Shown here: positions 9,914 to 18,090 of the stretch, piece by piece
Numbering within the stretch: the stretch's first letter is position 1
How the letters are laid out: each line of letters starts with the position of its first letter
DNA from: Escherichia phage REP4
Sequence record: OQ174503.1
Direction: 5' to 3' (one strand)
DNA: 64,000 nucleotides
Notes under the pieces: generated by a model
The model's database searches: none
The model's input: only the letters and a program-made list of their open reading frames with translations
What the model was told of the DNA's origin: nothing
Made by a program: the position numbers and the translations under genes

Positions 9914-10371
9914 TCAGCCTTATATTCAATAACAGGACATACTTTAGCTTTACGCGCTTTTAAAAATTCGACGATAATAGATTTCTTGGGTTGAATAGGA
10001 GGTAAACCTTTATATGCCCTATCAATATTTTCTACATGTAAAGCATAATCCTTTTTCCATTTATAATCTTTATATTTTTCATGCAGTTGTGCAGGAATAA
10101 CAAATGAACCGATAATAAGTAAAACAAGCAAAATAGCAAGTATAAATGCTGATGGAATAAGAGTCCATAAACTACCAAAAATAAGCCATTTCTGCATGAT
10201 TTCTGCGCAGATGATAGTTAGACCTGCGAGTATAGTACATCCGAAAAAAGAAACGAAAAATGTAGGAATAACAATAGACCAAAAATACGCGCACAGTGTC
10301 TTAGGTCGTTTCCATTCATCATTAAACATTTTGAATAATTTATAGTGCCAAGAGCTTTCATTAATAATCAT
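9910..10371 (-). CDS. Multi-pass membrane protein, translationally coupled to the downstream nucleotidyltransferase
   Basis: 153-aa ORF with three or four hydrophobic helices; stop overlaps NTase start. Confidence 0.55.
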   Translation of the reverse strand: MIINESSWHYKLFKMFNDEWKRPKTLCAYFWSIVIPTFFVSFFGCTILAGLTIICAEIMQKWLIFGSLWTLIPSAFILAILLVLLIIGSFVIPAQLHEKYKDYKWKKDYALHVENIDRAYKGLPPIQPKKSIIVEFLKARKAKVCPVIEYKAE

Positions 10372-10373
10372 AA

Positions 10374-10895
10374 CTATCCTTTCATTGAAGGTGTAACAGT
10401 TGTTAAATACTTAATCATAGCTTCAGCTTCTGATTTTGATAATGAAATTTCTCCATTGTTTTGACGAATAGAAATAAAATCCGGATGACGATCACCACCA
10501 GCCTTTAAAACACACATATAAGTATCAGTTTCATCTTCAATATTTGAAATGATTGAAGCAGTTCCACATGAATGTGGTTTTTGATAAATCAATGCAGCTT
10601 TTCTTCCACCGTTTGACTGTTCATAAACTTTTAACACATCAAACAAATCACTTCTTTTATCAATAGCTAAGATGTTGTTTTCATCTTCAATGTTAAATCC
10701 TTCGGATACTTCATAAAGTGTCACCCATAAATCACCTATATCGATAGTAGCATTTCCTTTTCCACGACTTTCAAGAATATGACAAATTTTCTTGATTTCG
10801 TCATAACTCATTTTAATAATATCATCTCCTTGAATAAGGAAGATGTCATTTTTAAATTCAACACGAATTAAACCGCTTTCACTTGAAATAAACAT
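10374..10895 (-). CDS. Hypothetical protein, paralog pair member (ends ...EAEAMIKYLTTVTPSMKG)
   Basis: 173-aa ORF; C-terminal motif shared with upstream 185-aa ORF. Confidence 0.55.
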   Translation of the reverse strand: MFISSESGLIRVEFKNDIFLIQGDDIIKMSYDEIKKICHILESRGKGNATIDIGDLWVTLYEVSEGFNIEDENNILAIDKRSDLFDVLKVYEQSNGGRKAALIYQKPHSCGTASIISNIEDETDTYMCVLKAGGDRHPDFISIRQNNGEISLSKSEAEAMIKYLTTVTPSMKG

Positions 10896-10901
10896 ATTTC
10901 C

Positions 10902-11459
10902 TCACTTTGAAATCATAGTTGGAATGACAGAATCAAGATAAGTCTTTAGCGCAATAGCTTCGTCTTTGGTAAATGTGACAATATGTGATCGAAAATCATC
11001 AATTTGACGAATAGTTAAGACATCTCCCTCTTCATAACATTTTGATACATTTAAAAGAGTTTCATCATTCTGATTGCAATCGTTAGTAATAATAGCATTG
11101 CAATTTTTGAGCCATTTTAAACTATGTTTTCTTTCATTAGAATAATAAAAATATTTAATCTTAGCTATAAAACTATCCCAATGAATAACTGATAAACACA
11201 TTGACTCACTTTTAATATTAAATCCTGGGCATGAAGAATAAAAATGAATTTTGTGCTCATCATTGATGCTTACTATTTTATCAGTATAAGGATATTCAAT
11301 TTGGGTTAAATGAATGATTTCACTAGGCGTAAAATACAGCATATCGTCTTCTTGCGTCAAACGATACATGTTATTTACTTTTTCTATAGCCAATTCACCA
11401 AAAAGCGGACTAACTTCTAATACTAATCGTTTCATATTGATTCTCTTCGACTCACTCAC
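10902..11459 (-). CDS. Hypothetical protein, paralog pair member (ends ...EAIALKTYLDSVIPTMISK)
   Basis: 185-aa ORF. Confidence 0.55.
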   Translation of the reverse strand: MSESKRINMKRLVLEVSPLFGELAIEKVNNMYRLTQEDDMLYFTPSEIIHLTQIEYPYTDKIVSINDEHKIHFYSSCPGFNIKSESMCLSVIHWDSFIAKIKYFYYSNERKHSLKWLKNCNAIITNDCNQNDETLLNVSKCYEEGDVLTIRQIDDFRSHIVTFTKDEAIALKTYLDSVIPTMISK

Positions 11460-11593
11460 AATTACATACTCCTTTGAATAATATCAATAATGTTGTTCAC
11501 CAGATTATAAGTAAACATTGGGTAATTATATTGAATCATCACATACACAACAAACAAAATTTTCATTCTCTTCTCCTTGGCAGTTGACAAGAT

Positions 11594-11624
11594 TACTATA
11601 CCATAACCTTGCCAACTTGTAAAC
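11594..11624 (-). promoter_or_regulatory. T4 early-type promoter
   Basis: GTTTAC at 11624..11619, 18-nt spacer, TGGTATAGT. Confidence 0.5.
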
Positions 11625-11626
11625 CA

Positions 11627-11800
11627 TTAAATGACGTTTTCAATAAAATTCTGGAGTTTTGTGTGAGCATCAACCATAATTTTCATTTCTTCCTTTGCGA
11701 AAGCTGTACCTCTTTCACGAGAAGAATACTCATAGTCAGAAACTGCATTAGCATATTCTTCAATTAGCTTCATTAAAAACATCTGCTTTTCAGTTTTCAT
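11627..11800 (-). CDS. Small hypothetical protein (57 aa) missed by the ORF track
   Basis: ATG at 11800..11798, stop TAA at 11629..11627; translation MKTEKQMFLMKLIEEYANAVSDYEYSSRERGTAFAKEEMKIMVDAHTKLQNFIENVI. Confidence 0.4.
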   Translation of the reverse strand: MKTEKQMFLMKLIEEYANAVSDYEYSSRERGTAFAKEEMKIMVDAHTKLQNFIENVI

Positions 11801-11984
11801 TATTCCACCTAATCATTTCAAGATATTGAACTAACTTAGCTTTGGATTTATCCAAATCCTTTTTAGCTGCTTCTATACCATCGTACGAATATCCTTCACA
11901 ATGCTCAACTGCCAATTGGTATGAATCTATTTCAATATCACGTGCTAATTTAATGATTTTTTCAAACTGTTCACGTGTTAGCAT
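11790..11984 (-). CDS. Small hypothetical protein
   Basis: 64-aa ORF. Confidence 0.45.
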   Translation of the reverse strand: MLTREQFEKIIKLARDIEIDSYQLAVEHCEGYSYDGIEAAKKDLDKSKAKLVQYLEMIRWNNEN

Positions 11985-11986
11985 AC

Positions 11987-12190
11987 TTAAACTCTCGTAT
12001 TATGATCGATAATTTCATCAAGAAACATATCTAAAGCTTCTACAGCATTATCAACTTTAGCTTCAAGTTCTTCAGCGCCTTTATTTGCAATGCCTGCCGA
12101 AAACCAAGCAAAGTCACTAAGTTCCTCGTCTGCTTTGCGAATTAAAGCTACCAATTCTTTAATTTTATCTGCTTGTTCGATACTAATCAT
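11987..12190 (-). CDS. Small acidic hypothetical protein (start at internal Met [11 protein letters not shown])
   Basis: Track ORF 11987..12226 trimmed so that it begins after the upstream gene. Confidence 0.45.
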   Translation of the reverse strand: MISIEQADKIKELVALIRKADEELSDFAWFSAGIANKGAEELEAKVDNAVEALDMFLDEIIDHNTRV

Positions 12191-12378
12191 TATTCCACCA
12201 CATATGAAAGAGAGAATATTGCACACGCCATATGAGTTGCAGCTTCATCACACATATCATAACGTTTCTTAAGAAGTTTTTCAAGTTCTTCACTAGTAAC
12301 TTCATCCATGTCGACGAAAAAATCACCATTAATGATGACGTAGATATTTCCTTCTTGATTAAGTGCTTCAATTTTCAT
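12190..12378 (-). CDS. Small hypothetical protein ([10 protein letters not shown]...)
   Basis: Internal ATG with AAAGAGGAGAA RBS just downstream of early promoter at 12406-12436. Confidence 0.5.
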   Translation of the reverse strand: MKIEALNQEGNIYVIINGDFFVDMDEVTSEELEKLLKKRYDMCDEAATHMACAIFSLSYVVE

Positions 12379-12405
12379 GATGTTCTCCTCTTTATCTGAT
12401 GGTTG

Positions 12406-12436
12406 TATAGTATCACAGCTCAAATGGAAAGTAAAC
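12406..12436 (-). promoter_or_regulatory. T4 early-type promoter
   Basis: GTTTAC at 12436..12431, TGATACTAT. Confidence 0.5.
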
Positions 12437-12443
12437 CGGTAAA

Positions 12444-12469
12444 ATGAAAAAAGTCTCCCGAAGGAGACT
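12444..12469 (-). terminator. Intrinsic terminator
   Basis: Hairpin GTCTCC-TTCG-GGAGAC plus U-tract (minus sense). Confidence 0.65.
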
Positions 12470-12473
12470 AATG

Positions 12474-12860
12474 TTATTCGAGGGAAAGAAGATATTTACT
12501 CTGGTAAAACATTCCAGTAATATCATCTATCGTGCTTTGAATGGCTGGAGGCATTTCTTTGTAAATGCTATTAGATTGGTCTAGTATGCGATCAATCATT
12601 TTAATTGTGTCGGTAGGAAGTTTACTAGCATCTGGAATTGAAGGTGTGTATTTTCTACCAGAATACCCCAAATACTGCTCACCAAATTTATCAATCAAAT
12701 CTGGCAACTCAGAGAAAATAAAATCGTATGCCTTGTGTCTAGCATAACTTTTAGTTTCAAAATGCGCAGAATGAAAATAAGCTTGCGCAGCCATTAATAA
12801 ACCTAAGTATTCATCTGCCTTTGAAGGTTTTCCACTTTGTGAAAAGTCGCTGAATTTCAT
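12474..12860 (-). CDS. Hypothetical protein (position of T4 rI.1)
   Basis: 128-aa ORF; its ATG overlaps the stop of the out-of-frame rI C-terminal segment. Confidence 0.55.
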   Translation of the reverse strand: MKFSDFSQSGKPSKADEYLGLLMAAQAYFHSAHFETKSYARHKAYDFIFSELPDLIDKFGEQYLGYSGRKYTPSIPDASKLPTDTIKMIDRILDQSNSIYKEMPPAIQSTIDDITGMFYQSKYLLSLE

Positions 12861-13151
12861 TCAGTCTCCAATTTAATGTTCATAATTCTAGCGTATGATT
12901 GTGCCATCTCCGCGCCTCGTTCTATACATTCAAAATCAGAAGAACACGGGTCATTTTTTATAAGTCGTTCGCATAAAACTATAGAACTGTTCAGATGATT
13001 CTACGCTTTTATTTTCAAAAAGCATATAAACGTGTCTAATACCAGATTCCATAAATTTATCAAAATGAGGATCGACATTCGCTTCAATTGGCGGAGATAA
13101 AGCAAACGCTAATCCTAGCATGGCAAATAGTGCCGTTGCTTTTAAGGCCAT
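12857..13151 (-). pseudogene. rI: Lysis-inhibition regulator rI interrupted by a +1 frameshift in an A6 run (reads ...TYKK-stop; remaining 31 codons [31 protein letters not shown] continue in the next frame)
   Basis: Track ORF 12951..13151 gives a 66-aa signal-anchor protein MALKATALFAMLGL...RTTYKK; out-of-frame continuation read directly from sequence; summed length matches the 97-aa T4 RI. Confidence 0.7.
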
Positions 13152-13163
13152 AAAGGCCTCCTA

Positions 13164-13376
13164 TCATTTTTGTCCTGTATTTACTTTATGCCGATGCACG
13201 GCCTTAACTTTATCAAGGTATTTTTCAAAATTTCGCAATCTAGTATAGTCTGCCGGAGATTGGTTAAGTGATACTTCTCGACGCAAAGCTGAAATGATAT
13301 TTCCAACTTCCCTACGAATTTCATCTAATTGAAGAACAGTAAGATTGCGAAGTTGCTTTTCAGTTAATTGTAGCAT
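13164..13376 (-). CDS. Small hypothetical protein
   Basis: 70-aa ORF. Confidence 0.45.
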
Positions 13377-13418
13377 ATATACCCCTTTAGTTAGATAAAC
13401 CTATTTATAACTTTTGCA

Positions 13419-14000
13419 CTAACCGAGCTTTTTAGTTAATTCATTCCAATGTTTTCTACACAAAGAAACATAAATTTCATCACCAATACAGATTTGATTA
13501 CCTTCTTTAACTGGTGTTCCATCTTCCATTAATCGAGCTGTCATAATCGCTTTTTTACCGCAATGACAAACTGCCTTTAGTTCAATAAGTTTATCTGCAA
13601 TCGCCAAAAGTTCTTTAGAACCTTCAAATAATTTTCCAGCGAAATCAGTCCTTAGACCATAAGCCATAACAGGAACATTATATGTATCGACAATTCGGCT
13701 TAATTGATGTACCTGTTCAGTTTTTAAAAACTGAGCTTCATCTACAAATACACAATGAATATCTTTTTGTGCTTCAGCCCATTTATAGAACTCAAAAATA
13801 TCCATATCATCCGTAATAATATTCGCTTCCTGCTTAATTCCAATGCGAGAAACGACTTCACAGACAGAATCACGAGTATCAATAGCAGGCTTAAGAACTA
13901 ATACACCCATTCCGCGTTCTTTATAATTATGCGCAGCAGTCAAAAGAGAAGCAGATTTTCCAGCATTCATTGCTGCATAAGTAAAAATTAAACTCGCCAT
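13419..14000 (-). CDS. tk: Thymidine kinase
   Basis: 193-aa protein with P-loop NAGKSASL and C-terminal Cys cluster (CHCGKKA...C), typical TK1-family thymidine kinase; matches T4 tk. Confidence 0.9.
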   Translation of the reverse strand: MASLIFTYAAMNAGKSASLLTAAHNYKERGMGVLVLKPAIDTRDSVCEVVSRIGIKQEANIITDDMDIFEFYKWAEAQKDIHCVFVDEAQFLKTEQVHQLSRIVDTYNVPVMAYGLRTDFAGKLFEGSKELLAIADKLIELKAVCHCGKKAIMTARLMEDGTPVKEGNQICIGDEIYVSLCRKHWNELTKKLG

Positions 14001-14009
14001 ATCACCTTC

Positions 14010-14195
14010 TTAAAGCGTATTCACATAAGCTATTAATTCGTTTTCTTTCTTATCAAACCGGTCAGCAAATTCTTCCTGTTGTTCGGGAGATAGCGGGCCG
14101 TATTCATCATAAAAGGTGTTTGCTTCTATATGCTCATCTAGAAGTTCATGGATAAGCTCAAACAATTTATCTTTTTGTTCTTTACTCAGACTCAT
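14010..14195 (-). CDS. Small acidic hypothetical protein
   Basis: 61-aa ORF. Confidence 0.45.
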   Translation of the reverse strand: MSLSKEQKDKLFELIHELLDEHIEANTFYDEYGPLSPEQQEEFADRFDKKENELIAYVNTL

Positions 14196-14361
14196 ATATT
14201 AATTTCCAGAAGTTTTAAAATAATTCGCTTTTGCTTAAATATTTCCATAGTTAAATGATCAGTATCTTTTTGACCAATTCCGATGGCAAAACCTTTATTA
14301 ACAGCGAGTTCAATTAAATTATCAAGCTCACGTAACACTTCATATTGTAACTCAGAACTAT

Positions 14362-14568
14362 TCATTTTGGTTTACCTTCTTTAACAAAATCGGGATAAGG
14401 ATAAAATCCTGAATAAAATCCTTCACCTTTATGATTAATGCATCCTTTATTAGAGCAATAGCACCAATAATCGAAATCACAAGCCATTTCATCATTGCAT
14501 AAAGCAAAAACAACTGGCCATTTACACTTTTCACAATGTGCATTTTTAAGAATGCTAGTTTGGCTCAT
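14362..14568 (-). CDS. Small Cys-rich (zinc-binding-like) protein
   Basis: Track ORF 14362..14589 trimmed to internal Met MSQTSILK; eight Cys (CEKC...C...C..C.C...C). Confidence 0.45.
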   Translation of the reverse strand: MSQTSILKNAHCEKCKWPVVFALCNDEMACDFDYWCYCSNKGCINHKGEGFYSGFYPYPDFVKEGKPK

Positions 14569-14777
14569 AACCGTGTAACCTTTAAGCAATATTCTTCTAC
14601 ATGCTGTTTACGACCTTTCTTATCAATAAAGGTATATTCAACGAATGTTCCAATATAGTCTTTATCTACATCATGTGGACTATTAATTGGGCATTTAGTA
14701 CGGCAAATGCGTTCCCATTGACGAATAATTTCCACTTTGTTTTTAGGATCAAACGGATGCGGGTAATGTGCTTTCAT
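14565..14777 (-). CDS. Small hypothetical protein
   Basis: 70-aa ORF starting ATG. Confidence 0.45.
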   Translation of the reverse strand: MKAHYPHPFDPKNKVEIIRQWERICRTKCPINSPHDVDKDYIGTFVEYTFIDKKGRKQHVEEYCLKVTRL

Positions 14778-15228
14778 AATCCACCACTATTAAATCAATA
14801 TCAGGAGTAAACATGTCGATTAATTTAGAAACCTTATCCCAATCGCCGCCAGCAATACCGCAACCTATGCGTGGAATATAAATTACTGGTTTAAACAAAA
14901 GGGTCTCTGCCTGTAGATTTAATTCTATCATGCAGTTTACTAAAGCACCATAATCAAGATTAGGACCCGGTTCGTATTGCGTATAAAGGTTATAGCATAT
15001 ACCAAATCCTGTAGGACTGTGTTTAAAAACAATAGACATATCGCCTAATTTATCACGAGAACCGTACTCGGTAGTGGTTTTATCTATTTCTAAAATTTTG
15101 GGATAGGCTTTTGCTAATTGACCTGCTACGCCAGAGCCCATTGTGTGGAAGCAATTGCACCCGTGCGCAATAATATTACCTTGAAGAAATAGGGCGACAA
15201 TATCGCCCTTGATATATTTTACAATCAT
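14749..15228 (-). CDS. Macro-domain protein (ADP-ribose binding / ADP-ribosyl hydrolase fold)
   Basis: 159-aa protein with macro-like motifs ...IAHGCNCFHTMGSGVAGQLAKAYP... and ...PRIGCGIAGGDW... Confidence 0.6.
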   Translation of the reverse strand: MIVKYIKGDIVALFLQGNIIAHGCNCFHTMGSGVAGQLAKAYPKILEIDKTTTEYGSRDKLGDMSIVFKHSPTGFGICYNLYTQYEPGPNLDYGALVNCMIELNLQAETLLFKPVIYIPRIGCGIAGGDWDKVSKLIDMFTPDIDLIVVDYESTLPASV

Positions 15229-15566
15229 CTAGTACTCAATCCTCGATTATAAGAATCTACCAAACGGTCAACCATTGAATGACAAGCGGCTTTATCTTTC
15301 TCCTCCGCAACTGAACATTCTAAGGTATTCCACTTTTTAGCATATCGTTTTAATAAAGTATCATTTTTGTATCTGCTTGATTTATCTCTTTCTCCGTCTT
15401 TATATGCATATATTAATTTCTGCGCAAATTCAGCTTGGCATGCTTTATTTTTCCCGCAATAATCCGCGGCAGTACGGTTTACATACTCTCTAATTTCAGT
15501 ATATGATGTATTTGCTAACGCAGAAAATGAAATTAATCCTATACATAAAACCAAAATTTTAGTCAT
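15225..15566 (-). CDS. Secreted/periplasmic Cys-containing protein with N-terminal signal peptide
   Basis: 113-aa ORF, N-terminus MTKILVLCIGLISFSALA. Confidence 0.5.
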   Translation of the reverse strand: MTKILVLCIGLISFSALANTSYTEIREYVNRTAADYCGKNKACQAEFAQKLIYAYKDGERDKSSRYKNDTLLKRYAKKWNTLECSVAEEKDKAACHSMVDRLVDSYNRGLSTR

Positions 15567-16104
15567 TTACTATTTCCAAAAGTTTATTATTTTTAAGGTA
15601 GTTAGCCTTTTCTAGGACTTCAGAAGCATATTTAGAACCTGCTTTAACATTCCATCCCGAATTATAAGAGGATATTGCCTTTCTTATATCACCCTTATGT
15701 ATATTTAACCAATAAGAAAGTTCAATGTACGCCCAGGAAGCTGAATTGGACCGTTTATTCAACATTCTTTTTATTTCGGCATCGGTCATATTATAACCAA
15801 GTTCCTTAATTCTTGCTCGCATGGTCGGCAAATAATTTTGGAACATTCCGTAGGCATGATGCTTTGGTTTAGATTTTAAATTAACTCCGGCAGAGCTTTC
15901 TTGCCATAAAATAGCAGCCATTATATGACCTAATCCACTCTTGTGGATATTTTTGTGTGTTTTATATTTTCCATCCTTAGAAAATTGTTCCCCGAATTGA
16001 TACGCGTAACGCATGTTATCGAGTTGGACATTACTGAAAGTATGCTCGGAGCTATGTGCCATCATAGAAATGGCCAATAGACCAGCGAGTAGTGCTTTTC
16101 TCAT
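15559..16104 (-). CDS. Periplasmic lytic transglycosylase-like protein (SLT-type domain) with signal peptide
   Basis: 181-aa ORF, signal peptide MRKALLAGLLAISMMAHS, catalytic-like ILWQESS and YGMFQ segments. Confidence 0.55.
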   Translation of the reverse strand: MRKALLAGLLAISMMAHSSEHTFSNVQLDNMRYAYQFGEQFSKDGKYKTHKNIHKSGLGHIMAAILWQESSAGVNLKSKPKHHAYGMFQNYLPTMRARIKELGYNMTDAEIKRMLNKRSNSASWAYIELSYWLNIHKGDIRKAISSYNSGWNVKAGSKYASEVLEKANYLKNNKLLEIVND

Positions 16105-16111
16105 GCTTACC

Positions 16112-16573
16112 TCATTGAGTTTTAATTACTGCTTTAGAAGCCTTTCCTGGTAAACGACGACTGTTGATAATTGCCATCCTGCATTGAAGCGACGGGTCTT
16201 TGAACTTCGCATTAGGTTTACAAACTGTAAATCCAAGCCAAAGATTTCCATCGGTGATTTCTAAACGCCCAGGACGATATTCAACCCCATCAATAAAATC
16301 CTCGTCAATGTCAGGACGCGGAGGCATACTTAGGAATTCATTAACTTCTAAAACATGGTCTTTTATTTTATGGAATAATTCAAAAACATATGTCTCATCA
16401 ATCTCCCGTTGAATTGCGCGATCAAGAAGATGCTGAGAATATTTTAGATGAAACGATGAGACCCCTGCTGCTTTTGATGCCTCACGAATCTCATTGTTAA
16501 TTTGACGAAACTCCGACTCAAAGTGACGACGGAGCTTATTTCGACGGATAAAAACTTCTGTGTTGATAGTCAT
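16112..16573 (-). CDS. regB: RegB site-specific endoribonuclease
   Basis: 153-aa protein MTINTEVFIRRNKLRRHFESEFRQ... matches T4 RegB length and sequence from memory. Confidence 0.85.
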   Translation of the reverse strand: MTINTEVFIRRNKLRRHFESEFRQINNEIREASKAAGVSSFHLKYSQHLLDRAIQREIDETYVFELFHKIKDHVLEVNEFLSMPPRPDIDEDFIDGVEYRPGRLEITDGNLWLGFTVCKPNAKFKDPSLQCRMAIINSRRLPGKASKAVIKTQ

Positions 16574-16600
16574 GTTATTCTCCTCTTAACTGATAGAAAA

Positions 16601-16630
16601 ATTATACCACAGTCAAGAGGAAAAGTAAAC
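16601..16630 (-). promoter_or_regulatory. T4 early-type promoter upstream of regB
   Basis: GTTTAC at 16630..16625, extended -10 TGGTATAAT at 16610..16602. Confidence 0.6.
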
Positions 16631-16632
16631 AG

Positions 16633-16911
16633 TTATTCTTTAAATCTAATCAATTTATTCATAGACTTTGAAACTTCTGCACGAACCTCATGTAGGTTTT
16701 TAAGCTGTTCAAGACGCTGCTCATAGTAAGCAATTTCATCTTCTTCGAGACAGTCCTGTGAATCTTCTTTAAGATAACGTGCATAGTCCTGGAAAGCTTT
16801 ACGGACTACTTCCTGGAAGTCATCAAGACTTTGAATTTTCTTAGGAGCAACAGATACACGACGAGGGGCAGTATAATACTCATAACCAAACCCTGCGCTT
16901 AATTGAGCCAT
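16633..16911 (-). CDS. Hypothetical protein (start at internal Met MAQLSAG...)
   Basis: Track ORF 16633..16953 trimmed to begin at stop of upstream gene. Confidence 0.45.
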   Translation of the reverse strand: MAQLSAGFGYEYYTAPRRVSVAPKKIQSLDDFQEVVRKAFQDYARYLKEDSQDCLEEDEIAYYEQRLEQLKNLHEVRAEVSKSMNKLIRFKE

Positions 16912-17213
16912 TAATATTTTTCCTCTGGTTGAAACACAGCACGACAAGCCCACATACTAGCTTCTTTGAGTTTCGTTTTAGCAATAGTTAACTGATCGAT
17001 GCTTTCAGCATAATTCTTCGCGAATTCATAGTCTTCACAATTATTTAGCACTTCCCAGAATTCGTCGTATAAAGCATCAAAGATAAGTCCTAAACGAACT
17101 TCAGCGTCTTTGATTGCATTCACTTTACCGATTTTCTCTTCAGTATGGGGCTTATAACCTTTAATGTCTTCAATCATATTTGACTTCCTCACCAGTACAT
17201 AAATCATATTCAA
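16911..17213 (-). CDS. Hypothetical protein
   Basis: 100-aa ORF. Confidence 0.45.
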   Translation of the reverse strand: MNMIYVLVRKSNMIEDIKGYKPHTEEKIGKVNAIKDAEVRLGLIFDALYDEFWEVLNNCEDYEFAKNYAESIDQLTIAKTKLKEASMWACRAVFQPEEKY

Positions 17214-17391
17214 CTAAACGAATAGGTTCATGAATGCCATATCCCTGAACGGAAATTTCTGTCGTAGGATAAATTCCACTAATATCACCCATGTTCCATG
17301 CTTCATTAAATTGCTGTTCGCCTGAATTACTAAACCATTCGGCGAAAGCATTTAGCACATCTTCAGAACCTTCAATAATTATCTTTGCCAT
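17170..17391 (-). CDS. Small acidic hypothetical protein
   Basis: 73-aa ORF. Confidence 0.45.
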   Translation of the reverse strand: MAKIIIEGSEDVLNAFAEWFSNSGEQQFNEAWNMGDISGIYPTTEISVQGYGIHEPIRLVEYDLCTGEEVKYD

Positions 17392-17753
17392 TACAGGCTC
17401 TCAGTAAAGGTACGAGCGATAACGTCGCGCTGCTGTTCCGGAGTCAGAGAGTTAAAGCGAACTGCATAACCGGATACACGGATGGTCAGCTGCGGATATT
17501 TTTCCGGATGCTTAACTGCATCTTCCAGAGTTTCACGACGCAGAACGTTAACGTTCAGGTGTTGACCACCCTCGATTTTAACTGTAGGTTGTGTTTCAAT
17601 TTCAATTTCACGGGCATGCAAACCATAGAAAATTTCTGGGTCTACAAAAGAGTCCTCTTTAAAAGTTTTAGAGACAATAATTCGTGCTTGAATACCATCT
17701 TCAAAATAAATAGTACCTTTATGCGTGCCTTCAAGAATTTGATATGCTTTCAT
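17391..17753 (-). CDS. Autonomous glycyl-radical cofactor (GrcA/YfiD-like; T4 Y06I-type)
   Basis: C-terminal 65 aa ...[60 protein letters not shown] contains the RVSGY glycyl-radical motif and matches E. coli GrcA from memory; DNA of this part is GC-rich. Confidence 0.85.
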   Translation of the reverse strand: MKAYQILEGTHKGTIYFEDGIQARIIVSKTFKEDSFVDPEIFYGLHAREIEIETQPTVKIEGGQHLNVNVLRRETLEDAVKHPEKYPQLTIRVSGYAVRFNSLTPEQQRDVIARTFTESL

Positions 17754-17760
17754 ATAAACC

Positions 17761-18090
17761 TCAATTAGAAAATAAATTTATCCAAGATTGTTCTTTAATT
17801 AAAAATGGCTCAGAATCATATGCCATTAAACTCTGTGTGATTAGTCCTTTAAAAGGCCCATCAATAAATTCCATAGTAAAATATGGAATTTTATTCATTA
17901 GCCGTGCATTAGGAGCCGTGCACAAAACTCTGCATCCTTTGAATACGCCTTTTTGTAATTTGTATTGCTTAGGATAAAATTCGCTCAAAATGTTATTTTT
18001 TGCTAAAATTTCAAAATGATTCACCAATTTATTTTTAATAGTTTTTGGCGAAAAATAGAGATATTCGAAAAGCTGAGTGTCTGTCATCAT
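17761..18090 (-). CDS. Hypothetical protein
   Basis: Track ORF 17761..18141; start probably at internal Met pair MMTDTQ. Confidence 0.45.
   Translation of the reverse strand: MMTDTQLFEYLYFSPKTIKNKLVNHFEILAKNNILSEFYPKQYKLQKGVFKGCRVLCTAPNARLMNKIPYFTMEFIDGPFKGLITQSLMAYDSEPFLIKEQSWINLFSN

Noticed and set aside
14358-14543. 61-aa hydrophobic ORF overlapping the Cys-rich ORF in another frame (similar cases at 18248-18439 and 12090-12272)
   Set aside because: Alternative-frame ORFs in AT-rich DNA; the overlapping frame with the Cys-rich motif and coupling to neighbours is the better candidate.
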